A DNA stretch of 64,000 nucleotides from Podarcis cretensis (taxonomy: Eukaryota), in contig OX638153.1 of the NCBI GenBank assembly GCA_951804945.1, positions 66,092,001-66,156,000 of the forward strand. Direction: 5' to 3'. The translations under genes and the position numbers were made by a program. Every line of letters begins with the position of its first letter. The first letter of the stretch is position 1. The notes below the pieces were generated by a model. The model made no database searches, was not told where the DNA came from, and worked only from the letters and a program-made list of their open reading frames with translations. Positions 1-12,500 of this stretch are shown in pieces.

Positions 1-807
1 GTGAAATTGCGTAAAGTGGAGAGTACCTTCTAAAAAGCCTCTAAATCTTCCCTCCACCCCAATTCTCCAGCACTCACTCTCACTCTCTCTCCATACAATT
101 CTCTCTTCGACGCGAGTTTAAGCTCTGGGGCTGGCAGGAGGTAGGAGGATGCACTGGAACATGGCTGCTGCTGCGCTACCCCAGGTATCAGCCATTTGGC
201 GGAGAGGCTGAGCAGCCTACACAAAGCCCTGCTGTGCCTCCAGTCTCCCCAGGGTTTCTTCTGTGCTATCTGGTGTCCTCTTTGGGCTCCGGGGAGGGTT
301 TCTTTACAAGCGCCAAGAACTCTCCAGCTGACTCCCGCCATTTGAGTCTATTTATATTTATTTATATTCATTTATATGGGTCTATTTATCTATTTTTTGG
401 CACTGCACATATATGCAGTTGCACGCGAGTAGAACATGCGTAAGTGGGAGGATGTTTGTCCAGTTTCCAAAGCTCTTTATAGTGCTGTGGTACACAACTA
501 AGAGGCCTCAAAATGTCTGAGAGGCAAGTACTATTTTCCTGAGGATTTGTCCATGATGAATGAATACATGAAGAGAGCCTACACACCCATGCATGCATCA
601 TACTTGTGCTGGTCCCTGTTACCTCTGTGGATCAGCAATAATTGAAGGACTGGGAAAACTGAAACAATGCCTACGATCCCTGAAATGAAGGCCCTTCAAA
701 GAGCCTTTTCTCACATTGTTTTGTCAACCTTAAAAACATCTCGGTAAGTACATGCAAATACAATTTTTGAATGGTTATTTATGAGAGTTTCAATATTGAG
801 ATATATA

Positions 808-1236
808 CGGCCTAGGACCCTCGTACTTACGGGACCGCCTCTCCTGGTATGTCCCACAGAGGAATTTACGGTCTTCAAACAAAAACATCTTGAAGGTCCC
901 AGGCCACAGAGAGGTTAGGCTTGCCTCAACTAGAGCCAGGGCTTTTGTGGCTGTGGCTCCGATCTGCTGGAACACTCTGTTACAAGAGACTAGGGCCCTG
1001 CAGGACTTGACATCTTTCCGCAGGGCCTGCAAGACAGAGCTGTTCCACCAGGCCTTTGGCCAGGGCACAGCCTGACTCCCTCCTTTGGCAATCTTCACAG
1101 AACTCTAGCCCAATGGTTGCCATCAATTTGATTTGAATTAATTTTATAATGAAATGATTTTAGAATGTTGTATTATTTTATTGTTGTTAGCCGCCCTGAG
1201 CCCGGCTTCGGCTGGGGAGGGCGGGATATAAATAAA

Positions 1237-1281
<45 letters not shown>
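808..1281 (+). mobile_element. 5'-truncated L2-clade LINE 3' end with (TTA)n tail
   Basis: Encodes GPSYLRDRLSWYVPQRNLRSS...RAF..APICWN..FRRACKTELFHQAF (L2-type ORF2 C-terminus); 3' stem-loop; (TTA)n at about 1239-1281. Confidence 0.85.
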
Positions 1282-1282
<1 letters not shown>

Positions 1283-1426
1283 TGGAAATAACATACTGGA
1301 TTTCCCTAGTTCTGAAATAAACCAGTAAAACTTCTAAAGCCATCATCCCATAAAGGAAGAAAGCAAGAAGAAAGGTCAGAAACAATTGAAGTACACAGGT
1401 CTTAAAATATGGAAAGAACTACCTAC

Positions 1427-1557
1427 TCTGCCAGCTGCTACAAGGTTATCAATGCCAAGCAGGTCGTGCTGTAACTCTGTTAGCTTCTGGAAATTCTCCA
1501 AACGGATGAGACTGTTTTGAAGCTGTGATGTAATTTCTGTGATTTCTTTCAGTGCAT
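1427..1557 (-). CDS. FARP2: FARP2 exon 19 (end of DH, DH-PH linker)
   Basis: 131 nt, (N)[43 protein letters not shown]. Confidence 0.95.
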
Positions 1558-2039
1558 CTGCAGAAGGGAATTACAAAAGAAAAGGTCTACTCCAAACCAA
1601 CCAATCAGAGAAGCATGGATAAAAGTACAGGCCAAACTGAAGCAGTGTATGGACATTGCTTTTTTCCAAAAGGAAAAATGGAACGTTACATGTACTTATT
1701 TAAGAGAAGACGCAATCACAGAAATCTCCAAATGATTGGTAAGTGGACAGACTAGCCTAAACATACAAGACCATGCCATTTTAATTAGACCTACCCAAAC
1801 CTTCCAACAATGCTATGGTATCAACAGCTACTAGTCACAATGGCAGTATTTCCTGCAGTATCAGGGGCTGTATGCTGCTGAATGCCATATTTTGCAGAAG
1901 ATGGTGGAAAAGTAAGGAATGGAAGACAGAGATTTTGGAAGCAAGCATAGTATATAAGCCCAGGGACAGTAACAGAGATATGTGTAATAACTCTATTTTG
2001 ACTTCTGAGACTGTAACCCACATTTCTCAGCTGTCTTTA

Positions 2040-2085
<46 letters not shown>

Positions 2086-5000
2086 TACAGAGATCCTCAT
2101 GGTGGGCAGTTTTACTCATGTGCTGGGCTTTTTGTGCAGATTTCTTTGCTTACAACTTTCACTAGAACAACTCTTCTAAAGTTAAGGCTGAGACTGTTCC
2201 ATTATTCTTAATTGCTATAGTACTCAATTTCACAATAATTCCTAGGAGGCAGAATATGTGTCATTCACACATGTGAATGCCACATTTATGTTTGACAGTA
2301 ATGAGCTGGTCCAATTTCACACTTATCCATGATATCCAATTTTGCCCTGTATATTATATCTGCAGAATGCACACAGCCCCACCTATAAGAATTATGGCAG
2401 ATACTCTTCTCACTTGTATTTTAAATGGAGATGTATGATGCAAAGCCAATAAGGATGAGTTTATACTTTTATGTTCACAACTTAATTACTGCAATAGTCA
2501 AAGATAACACTTCCCACAGCATTCACATGACTCAGTATTTTCCAATGGAGACCGTTCACATGACTAAGTGCAAGTAAGATGATGGTGTGACTCAGTTCTT
2601 GGCTCAGTGTCACACTGTTCACAGAAAGTAGAACAAAATAATAGGTAGTCCCCCCACCCAACAGGTGGGTAGGGATGCCCACCAATCACTGGGCATCACC
2701 ATGACATTTGCCATACCAGGTCCTTGGGGATGTAGGACAATATATTTATTAAACACACACAAACAAAATTAAGTGATTTAACTTCAAAAGGAAAGTGTTT
2801 GGTCCCAATACAGTGGTACCTCGGGTTAAGAACTTAATTTGTTCTGGAGGTCCGTCCTTAACCTGAAACTGTTCTTAACCTGAGGTACCACTTTAGCTAA
2901 TGGGGCCTCCCGCTGCCGCTGCGCGATTTCTGTTCTCATCCTGAAGCAAAGTTCTTAACCCAAGGTACTATTTCTGGGTTAGCAGAGTCTGTAACCTGAA
3001 GCGTCTATAACCTAAAGCATCTGTACCACTGTACTTCCTTTAAACCCACAGCCTAAATTCAAGCTAGGATGCAAAAGAAGTTTCAAGTCATGGCTTGAAC
3101 TTGACTTCACCTGCTGTCATATATGCCTGGGAAAGGTTGACATAGGCTAGAGGTTAAAAATAACTGAAACCAGATGAACTAGTTTTGTAGCAAGACAGTG
3201 GTACCTCGGAAGTCATATGGAATCCATTCTGGAAGTCCATTCAACCTCCAAAACATTCGGATACCAAGGTGCAGCTTCCAATTGGCTGCAAGAAGCTCTT
3301 GCAGCCAATCAGAACCCGCGGAAGTCACATCAGACGTTTGGGTTCCAAAGATCATTCACAAACTGGGAACACTCACTTCCAGGTATGTGGCATTTGGGAG
3401 CCAAAACATTCGACTCGCAAAGCATTCAGGATCCAAGCTACGACTGTACTGTTTCTACCAAGACAACTGAATTTCTGTCAATCAGCAACATAAAATGAAA
3501 ATACAGAATGTGTCGAGTATTGGCATTGCAGATATTTGTCTGATCTGTCACTCACTCCTGCAGTCGGTGTAGTCCCGATGATCTGGCACGTAGTGTTTGC
3601 AAAGTCTCCCCAGGATCAGCTTGTAGTGCATTAACCTCTGGATGGGTTTCAGCAGGAAAGTGTTGAGTGGCAAGTAACACACCTTCTGGAGTTCGAACTC
3701 CTTATAAACCATTTCCAGTTTCTTTATGCGCTTAGTTGCTTTCTCTAACTCTGACAGGACTTCATCATGTTTCTTCAGGTAGGTGGTATATTCCTGTAGG
3801 ATCACAAAAGATGCGGCCATGAGTACAGGCTCTGGCAGCATTTACTTTCAGTTTCACATAATCACGGGCTGTCATTGCACACAAACCAAATCTTGTGGTT
3901 TAAAGCAAACTCTGTTACCCAAACAAGACACTTTCATGACCCAGAATTTGAAAGCAGCTTGTTTGAAACAGACTGGAATTTGTTTTAAACCACAATATCT
4001 GGCTCATAGGTAACAAATCAGGATTCTATGAAAATGGAAGTCAACACAGCTGAAGACCTCAGTCCAGTCATGCAGGAGCAGCAGGCTAGAAGGCGCATGC
4101 AAGAATTTCGCCTGGGCTCCTTCCTTGAGTACACATCGCTAAACAATGATTTAATGTTATATATTAATCAGCCCACTGAACATGAAGGAACACACAGATT
4201 CTTGGGAATTATTTCCCTACCTTTAGCATATGCATATTTTTCAGCAAGACATCACCAATCCGTTGATAATCTCCTTTCGTGGGAGCGTTGGAACGTCCCT
4301 CCCTGCAATGAGAGTGTGAGAAGATTGTGCTACTGCTCTTGGGAAATTGAATCTTACAATTATTTTCCAGTAGAAACTAAAGCATACTAACAATAACTAT
4401 ATTTCCAGTAGAAACTAAAGCATACTAACAGTAACTATAAAAGTAAAGAGTTCCAAAACTGTTTCCATTCATTTCTCAGCAAACTAACCATGTTTCCTGT
4501 TTCAATTTGTAGCCCAAATTGGAGTCTCAATAATCATTTTAAAAATGGAAGAAAGGGGTTAACACTGTATGCTATCAACTAAACTTCTCTGAAGTTTATA
4601 TGTATTTTGCAAAAATAGGCATGCCAGACCTGAAAATTTAAAACAAAGAAACCATATTTCTACTCCTTTTGACCAGAGTCAAATGTTTGCCTTCACAATG
4701 CTGTTAACACTTACCATAGTGCTAGCCGCTGTTCAAGCTCTTTCAGAAAACCTCTGTGAAATTCATAGATGGGGTCTATGTTTGAGAACAGCAAGGTCAT
4801 GAGACCTTCAGGCATGGCATTTTCCTTGACAACTGCACTGCGGAACCACTGCAGAGGAGAGATAAATAAGAAGCAGATGTTTGGCTTCCTGTTCTTGGTA
4901 TCAGCAATGTAAAAAGTATCAAAGAACCCAGAAAAACAACAACATGCAAACAAATTTCAACAATATCAAACAAGTCCTTTGGCAGCAGACACATACTCTA

Positions 5001-8000
5001 AACAAGATGCACAAGAGACGTTTTGCAAATATTTCATCCGGCAAATTCCAGTTTATAACCAATTTTACCCTGAGGCTAAGGGACTGCAATAACACACAAC
5101 TCACAATTTACACATACAACTATTAAAACAACTCTTTTTTAGGGAAAAGTGGGTTTAAATCACTTACTACAGTTAGGACTTCCAAGTCTTTTAAATAAGT
5201 TCGTTCAGTAGCAAGAATTTCTTTTGCAATGAAATAGGCTTTGTCTGCTGGGTACCTCTGAAAGATAAAAGCAAATCCCAAATAAATGAAACAGAAAATG
5301 TTTCTTATTAAGAAACCTTGGTGGAGCTATATAATAAGACCACTTTGACCATCCAGATGTGCCAATATAAAAGGAGAGCCAAAACCAAAGCCTCCTGCTC
5401 TAAATGGCTTTGAAGTATGTGGCTTTTTAAGGAAATATTTGAATCAACTATGCCCAATGTATTCTTCAGGTGAGGCAATAGGAATCCTTAACCTGAGATG
5501 TGAATATGAGTTTCATTAAGCCACACCCTGATCCTGATCTAGAGTTAGTTGCTTGAAACACACTGTTACCTGTGACCAAGCAGATACAGTAAGAACTAAC
5601 TGGCAGTGGTGCTAATTCACAGATGGGATACAACTGGTAGTGCACATTCCTGACATTGATGGTAACTGACATTCTCAACAGCACTGTCCCATACTGACAT
5701 CAAATCTATTTGGTACTGGCATGAAATATTCCCTTTCCTCTGCTATATGGGCAGGAGAATAGACTGCAGATACGGTGCTGATGCAAAAAGCATTTTCTCC
5801 CACCCCGCTATTTGGGTCATGCAACAACGACAACACTGATCCTCTAGGCTGTATGTGTCTGGACAGAGACATACTGCATCGAAAAGCTTCAACCTCGTTG
5901 TCACATTGAGCCTGATGGAAACAGAAACATGGGTACAGGAAGCCACAAATTTGCTTTTTAATACATCTCATCTAACCTCAGATAAGGCACCAAACCACAA
6001 CCTTGAGGTTTACTGTATTATTTTCAATAGAAAAAGTCCTAGATTAAGATTATGGAACATACTCCAAACACAAAAATGCCCAACCCCAAATTCCCAAATT
6101 CTTCTAAGTGTAAGATACAAAGTGGGAAGATAGAACTCCTAATTGTATGGTTAATTTCCCTCCTGCTTAGACATGCAAAATAAGGGTTTTGCCTTTCGTT
6201 CTAGTTAATTTCACGTTCACCAAGATTGATTCACCAGCATGATTCACCAGCAGTAATCAATATGGTTGTTAAATAAGATAAATTGTCTATGGGTTGAGCT
6301 GAGCTTGCTAAACAACAAAACCAGCTCATTCCCACCTGAAAAATGTGTTAAAGAGAAGGATGTTTTTGACAAGAAATAGTGGATTATTAGACTGCAGAAA
6401 AGCACTCAGAGAGTTGGAATTAATGTACTTTCTATAACTGTCTCTAATGTTTTACAGTACAACTATTCCCCACAAACAGAAAGGACAAAAATGGTGCTCT
6501 TGAGGTACAAAGAAGCATTTAGTTCATATCTCACTTTGAAACAGCTGGAACAAAGGATTGTTCCTTCTAGCAGTTTTACAGTAGCAAAGTGTCGTGTATT
6601 TATTTTAACACAGGTCAAGAAAAACCATTGTGTGGGAAGTTTAATAGTACACAAGTCAGTACAATAGCATAGCACTGGCAGATTTGCACATTGCTAATAT
6701 CTAAGGGCTTATGTACGCTTAACTTTTGCCATGCTCCTTCTATGCAGAGGTCCACACTTTAACGCTCTGTGTCCAAGTGGTTTATTTTGTTTTGTTTTGC
6801 CCCAAGCTTTCCCTGTGAAAACCTGTTTTTCAAAGTTTTCTGTGGATTGTGTTTCCTCTGATTGAAATTTAAAGAGTGGGTTTTTGCGGGGAAAGCTGTA
6901 GAGTAAAAACAAAAGGGGGGAGGGGGGCAACTCGGACACAGAAGTTTAAACCATGGACTGTGTGTGGAAAGAGTAGAGGAAAGGTAAATGTGAATAAGCC
7001 CCAACAAAGAAATCAGAAATTGAAGCAGAGGCTCATGAAACAAACAAACACAAATCACCCTCCTTGTCCTTGCCTTACCTTACGCCTTGCCTCATCCTCT
7101 TCTTCTATCCTGGCACCACCAACATCGCTCAGAACAGGACTCAAAAGAGGAGATGAGCCCTGGCCAGGTGTGTTCATATTCACATGAAACGAGGGGTTCA
7201 GAGTCATTGGACTCTTCATTACAAAGGAAGACAGCTGAGGACCTAAGTATCACATTAGGAAGGAAGTTGGGAGGAGAAAGAGGTTAAGAATTGGTTTTGC
7301 TTCAACAAAATACCACCAGGCACATCGCCAAATCCACATAACACTTGCAAGTAGTTGTCTCCCCTGGTTTGCTTAATTTTTTTTTTTTTTAAATGAGCCC
7401 ACAAATATTTTAAAGCAGTCTTTGAAAATGTTAGGTACAATTTCCTGGACGTCAAACTGGAATTAGCTAAGAATTTAGACTTTCGAACAAAAGCAACCTA
7501 CAACACCAACAATCCCATTCCCTCTGCTATGGCTAAACAGATCAAGACCACAATATACTGCTTCAACATACTCCTCTTGGAGATTTTCTTCCAGTAGCAC
7601 CTTAAAGACCAACTAGGTTAGTACTTGGTATGAGCTTTCGTGTGCATGCACACTTCTTCAGATACACTTCAGATGCACACGAAAGCTCATACCAAGTACT
7701 AACCTAGTTGGTCTTTAAGGTGCTACTGGAAGAAAATTTTTTTATTTTGTTTTGACTATGGCAGACCAACACGGCTACCTATCTGTAACTCCTCTTGGAG
7801 AGTTAGAGTTCTTACTACTTTCTGCAAACAGATCACAAGAGACACAGTGGCCCTGATAAACAGGGAATTGAAAGCAGGAGAACAAAAATGGGAAGGCTCC
7901 ATGTTTTCAGAGTTCAGCATACATTTGATTTCAGAAACTGTGTATGTATGGATAGGAAATATGAAACTAGAAATAGGGAGAATGCAGATTGCATGCCCTT

Positions 8001-9518
8001 CCTGACTTTGGAACCACATAGGAGCTTTTAAATAACTACCCATACTAAATACAACTTCCTCTACAGTCTTTAAACCATGTTGCATCACTAACTGGGTGGA
8101 GATAAGTTATTTCATTTGTCAAGTAATGTTTGAGGGTGTGTCCGGACAGCCGCGGCACAACGTAATTGTTACGTAGCAAGGAATGAAAAAGAAGCTTATC
8201 AAAACAATGTTTTAGCATTGTGACAATTACCAAGCTAGAGTAAATTTTCCATTTCTTGTAGCTTTTCTTTAGAGCAAGCAAGCTATTTCACAGAATACTG
8301 TTCTCTACAGAGAAGGTGTCTCAGTTTTAATGCAAGCCAATTCCATGATCAGTATCATGTAAGAATATCAGGCTGGATCAGGCTGAAGGCCCATCTAGTC
8401 CAGCACTCTTCTCACGGTGGCCAGCCAGTTGCTCACGAGAAGCCCACAAGAGGGACTTGAACACAGGAGCTTTGCACGAAATGGGAAATAAATGGCACAG
8501 ATCCGAACTGCAATGTTAAGCATTCTGGAGCCCTAGCATTGCGATTTGCTACCTAGAGCACAAAACTTCAAAATTAGGCTGTTCATCCCATTGTCCCTCA
8601 CTTTCAAAGCAAAACAGCTTCTCTACTTATGCATTTTGAAAGTTTCTTGCATTTGAATTATGGCTGACATTTTCCCTGTTATAATTAATATATATTATCA
8701 TTATTATTCCAATGCTAAAGCTGTTTTGGACAGGGTAATGCCAGAGGGGGCTCCTACGCTGACACCAGTAAGTGCTGCCCCAGATATGTCTGCCACTCCC
8801 ACTCCAAATTCCATTCTGTACAGCCTCAGAAAGACAGTATGAAGCTTTGTGCTCCGGCCAACATTTATTCTTGATTCCACTGTAAACAGCAAAAAAAAGT
8901 TCCACTGAACTGCCCCAAAATATCCACTCAAAGTGATATTAAGGCCCAGTAATAAACAGGCACATAATACTTTTCAACACTTATTTGAAGCGGGATTAAG
9001 AAATTGGAGGGCAGCCAGCTGCAAGGCTTCTGCTACAGTGCTACACTACTGAAAGGAACCGACTGCTCTCTCATTTGACTCAGGAAGCAAAGCCTTTTAA
9101 AAGTAATGAATGCCAAAAGAAAGGGGAGGCATTACGAAAAGGAGAGGAAGTTTAAGTGCATGCATTCCCACTGGTTAACTCAGGAAGCTAAACAGTGTTA
9201 CACTTAGGTCACCTGGAAGAGATTCAGAATATCAGGGAAGTTAACTATTAACATTCTTTGGCCAGTCTACTGTGTATTGTATCAGCTCATGCAGTCCCCT
9301 GCTCCTCCTCCTGACTTTTAGTATCGTATCTGTAAGATCCAGCGTATTTGTTGGCATTTGTTCCTTGCTGGGAAAGCAGTTTACGGGAAATCTGCTTGAA
9401 CGTACAAGTCAAATACAAGCAAGAAGCAGCTTGGACTTCCCCCAGAGTCTTTAGTATTTCATTTCCTTTCCAACAGAAACCGCTCCTCTTTAATGTTTTC
9501 TTTTTCTCTTTCTTTCTT

Positions 9519-9562
<44 letters not shown>

Positions 9563-12500
9563 TCTTAAAAAAACTCTATTTGAAAATGCTGCTCAGTTTC
9601 AAGGCTAATATCCTTTTCATTGTGTGTATATGAGATTGTGAGCAGAGGGCATCCAGTACATTATGACCACAATTGTAGAAACAACAGTGGGGGTGAAATC
9701 TTTCCTTAAAACACACTAAGTAAAGAAAGCTCTGCCAGTGTCTCACACTGCCCATTAGCAGCTTTGCATTTTAACAGGTATATGATAAAGGAATACTGCT
9801 ACAGCTTTTCTTTTCTTTTTTCTTTTCTGAAGATGAATTGCTTTTGCCCCACCTCTCATCTTCTGCAGGAAGCAAAAGAATTGAAGAGAATCATGGGAGT
9901 GGGGTGGGGTGAGATTAAAGATGGGAGTGGTTTTGAAACAATGCAAATCAGCATGATTTTTACGGTCAGTGACTATTAAAAGGCCTCCCATTATACATGG
10001 GAGTCAACAGACAACTTTGCAGCCTGCCTGACAACTGACTGGTTATTTAGAAGGGATGCCGCATCTACTTTTGATAGTATCATTTCACAAAGAGGGAAAA
10101 TGTGTGTTTAGAGTGTGAGTGAAAGTTGTGGATATGAAAAGCACATAAGGAACTTTAGAAGCAACTCTTTTGCCTTATAATTAGTGGTGCCTTTTGTGTG
10201 TGTCTGTAGATGAGCCTGTCTGACCATGTGTTAAACTGAACTTCCTTTGCCACTGAATCCAACTTCTGTGTTTCCAGAGAGGTCTGCACTTCGAAGCAGT
10301 AGTTTTATGTAGTTTTTCAGCTGCAGGTTTGTTTAATTTTAGATGAATGCAAATCATGTCACAGAAGTGGGACTAAAGCTGTAGAGAAGCTAATGCAATG
10401 CACAACACCTTCAATTTAACAGCAGTTAAAGGGTGTGTGTCCCCAAGTGTCTTTTGAAAATCTACATCCAACAAGCATTTCCTAATTTGAAAAATTAGAA
10501 GTCAAACTACTGCTAAGTAAACTGATTTTCTTGAAAGCAGGCGAGTTTCAGTAGTACCGAAGACAACTTACATTCTACATTTATTAATACATACATTAGT
10601 ACAGGTCACAATAATGCATAAAAATCCATTAGTACTTCCACCCCCACCCCTCATTCTATAGCAATCAGATGTTAAACTCCTCAAACTCTTATTTATGTAT
10701 ATTAAAAGTATGACTTCTACAAAAGGTTTGTAGCCATCAGCCTTTCTGTTGGACACTGATGCACTGACAAGTTGTATAAACACATTACAAGTTACAGTAA
10801 GCCAGGCTTTGTTTTTAAAAAGACGCTATACACTTAGCTGATATTAGTATGCATGCGATAAAATGGCAGCAGACACTATGGATACGATTTCACAATAGTT
10901 TCAGACCTGATCCTACTTATGTGAATGAATGAAGGCTAGAACCTTCAAAGAGTGCACAACTTAGCAAAAGTAGATTTGTGATTTATTCAAAACGACTTCG
11001 GAAAACCAAGCAAGTCCCCAATGTGCTTACACTATGGCTCCATAAATGATGTACCCAGTCTACTTGTCTCTGAAAACTGAGGGTTGGGTAGCTGTCTATT
11101 GCATATATACAATATCTTCTTTCAAAAAGAAACATGCCAGCTTCTCAAAAAATACAACAGGCTAGCATTCCAATCCCACACACGGTTTAATACCATTAAA
11201 AAAACCCCCAAAAATTGCAGATATGAAAAAATGACTCCTGAATATCCAAAGAGTCTGATTTTTAGGACATGTTATTTGCACTATTTTGAACAGAAATCTA
11301 TTTTCTACAAGCTGTTCAACCTTTTGACATGAGTAATCAAAATAGGATTCCATAACCCCTCTAAAACCGAATACCCCATTGAAAAAGACTCATTGCCATT
11401 ATTCCTCCTCTCCATGACCCTATTGTAAGAACAGAATTTGCTACTTCAAGCTGTAAATAAACCTTGATGCCGTAGCCCCTTCTTATAAGAGGCTGAGGCC
11501 TTTAAAGAAAAGCAATTCATTCTTTGCCTCATGTCTTCCCTTTCTATGACTGCTACAGGTATAGACAAGTACAAAAGAAGGAATTCATGGTTGCACAGAG
11601 ACAAAAGTAAATAGCATATCTGCAAGTGCCACACAGATACCAAGTAAGGAAACCCCCAGATCTTGATGTTTTTTTGCAAAAGAGAAAAAAGAAAAAGAAA
11701 AAAGAGGAATTGTAACATCTTCTGCTCTCACCCCTAAGTAGTATATGCTCACGAAGTGTTTGCACACTAGTAAACTGAAATAGCATTTTTACCCATGCCA
11801 TGTGTTCTAAGATGCATATTTTACTTACCTGCAATGGTAGTTAAAGAACTGGTTCTGTGCATTCATATTTACAGAACACAATTCTCTGTATGGTTCCATA
11901 GCACGATACCAAAAGCACACAGATACTCTCAAAGAGGTTATTAACACTCCCAAATAGCATTTTAAAATGGAACAATATTATAATGAGAAGGTAGGGTGCA
12001 TTTCCTTTCCCAAAATATGATGAACCTCTTTTATATTCTGTGTCTGAAAATAAAAAGGGCCCTTGATAATACGATTGTCATTACAGTACAGTTGCATCCA
12101 GTGCATCAGCTTTACTCCTAAGGATTAACCTTCTGAGGAATCATATTTCCAGGTAGTATAGTAAGCACTATTTAAATAAGAAGTTCTACCACTGTGTCAA
12201 TATACTGTTTCCTACATCAGGATGCATTTTACTTAAATTTGAACTGTCAGAAAAATGACCCTCTTCAACTACAAAACTGGTAGCTATATTTGGCTTGGGA
12301 ATCACTGATGGAAAGCAATGCTAATTCAAACTGAGGGCCAGTGCCTCCGAATAGCCAGTGGTGGGGAACTTGTGGCCCTCTGGATGTTGTTGGAATAAAA
12401 TTTCCAACCTTGGTCACTGACCATGATGGGAGCTCTAACTCCAACAATTTCTGGAGGAAAGCAGGTGCCCCAACCCCTACAAGTAGGCATTACCCGTATT

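Noticed and set aside
1-1426. Next FARP2 exon (EFIREG..., PH1)
   Set aside because: No matching peptide found; presumably beyond the window edge. The GC-richer 1-340 segment looks like an unclassified repeat
1815-2165. ORF with a poly-Tyr run
   Set aside because: Artefact of a (TTA)n microsatellite plus a CR1-like fragment
6709-6939. 76-aa minus ORF ([15 protein letters not shown]) as an in-frame FARP2 exon
   Set aside because: Its acceptor at 6895 is phase 2 in that frame, incompatible with the phase-0 exon 14 donor
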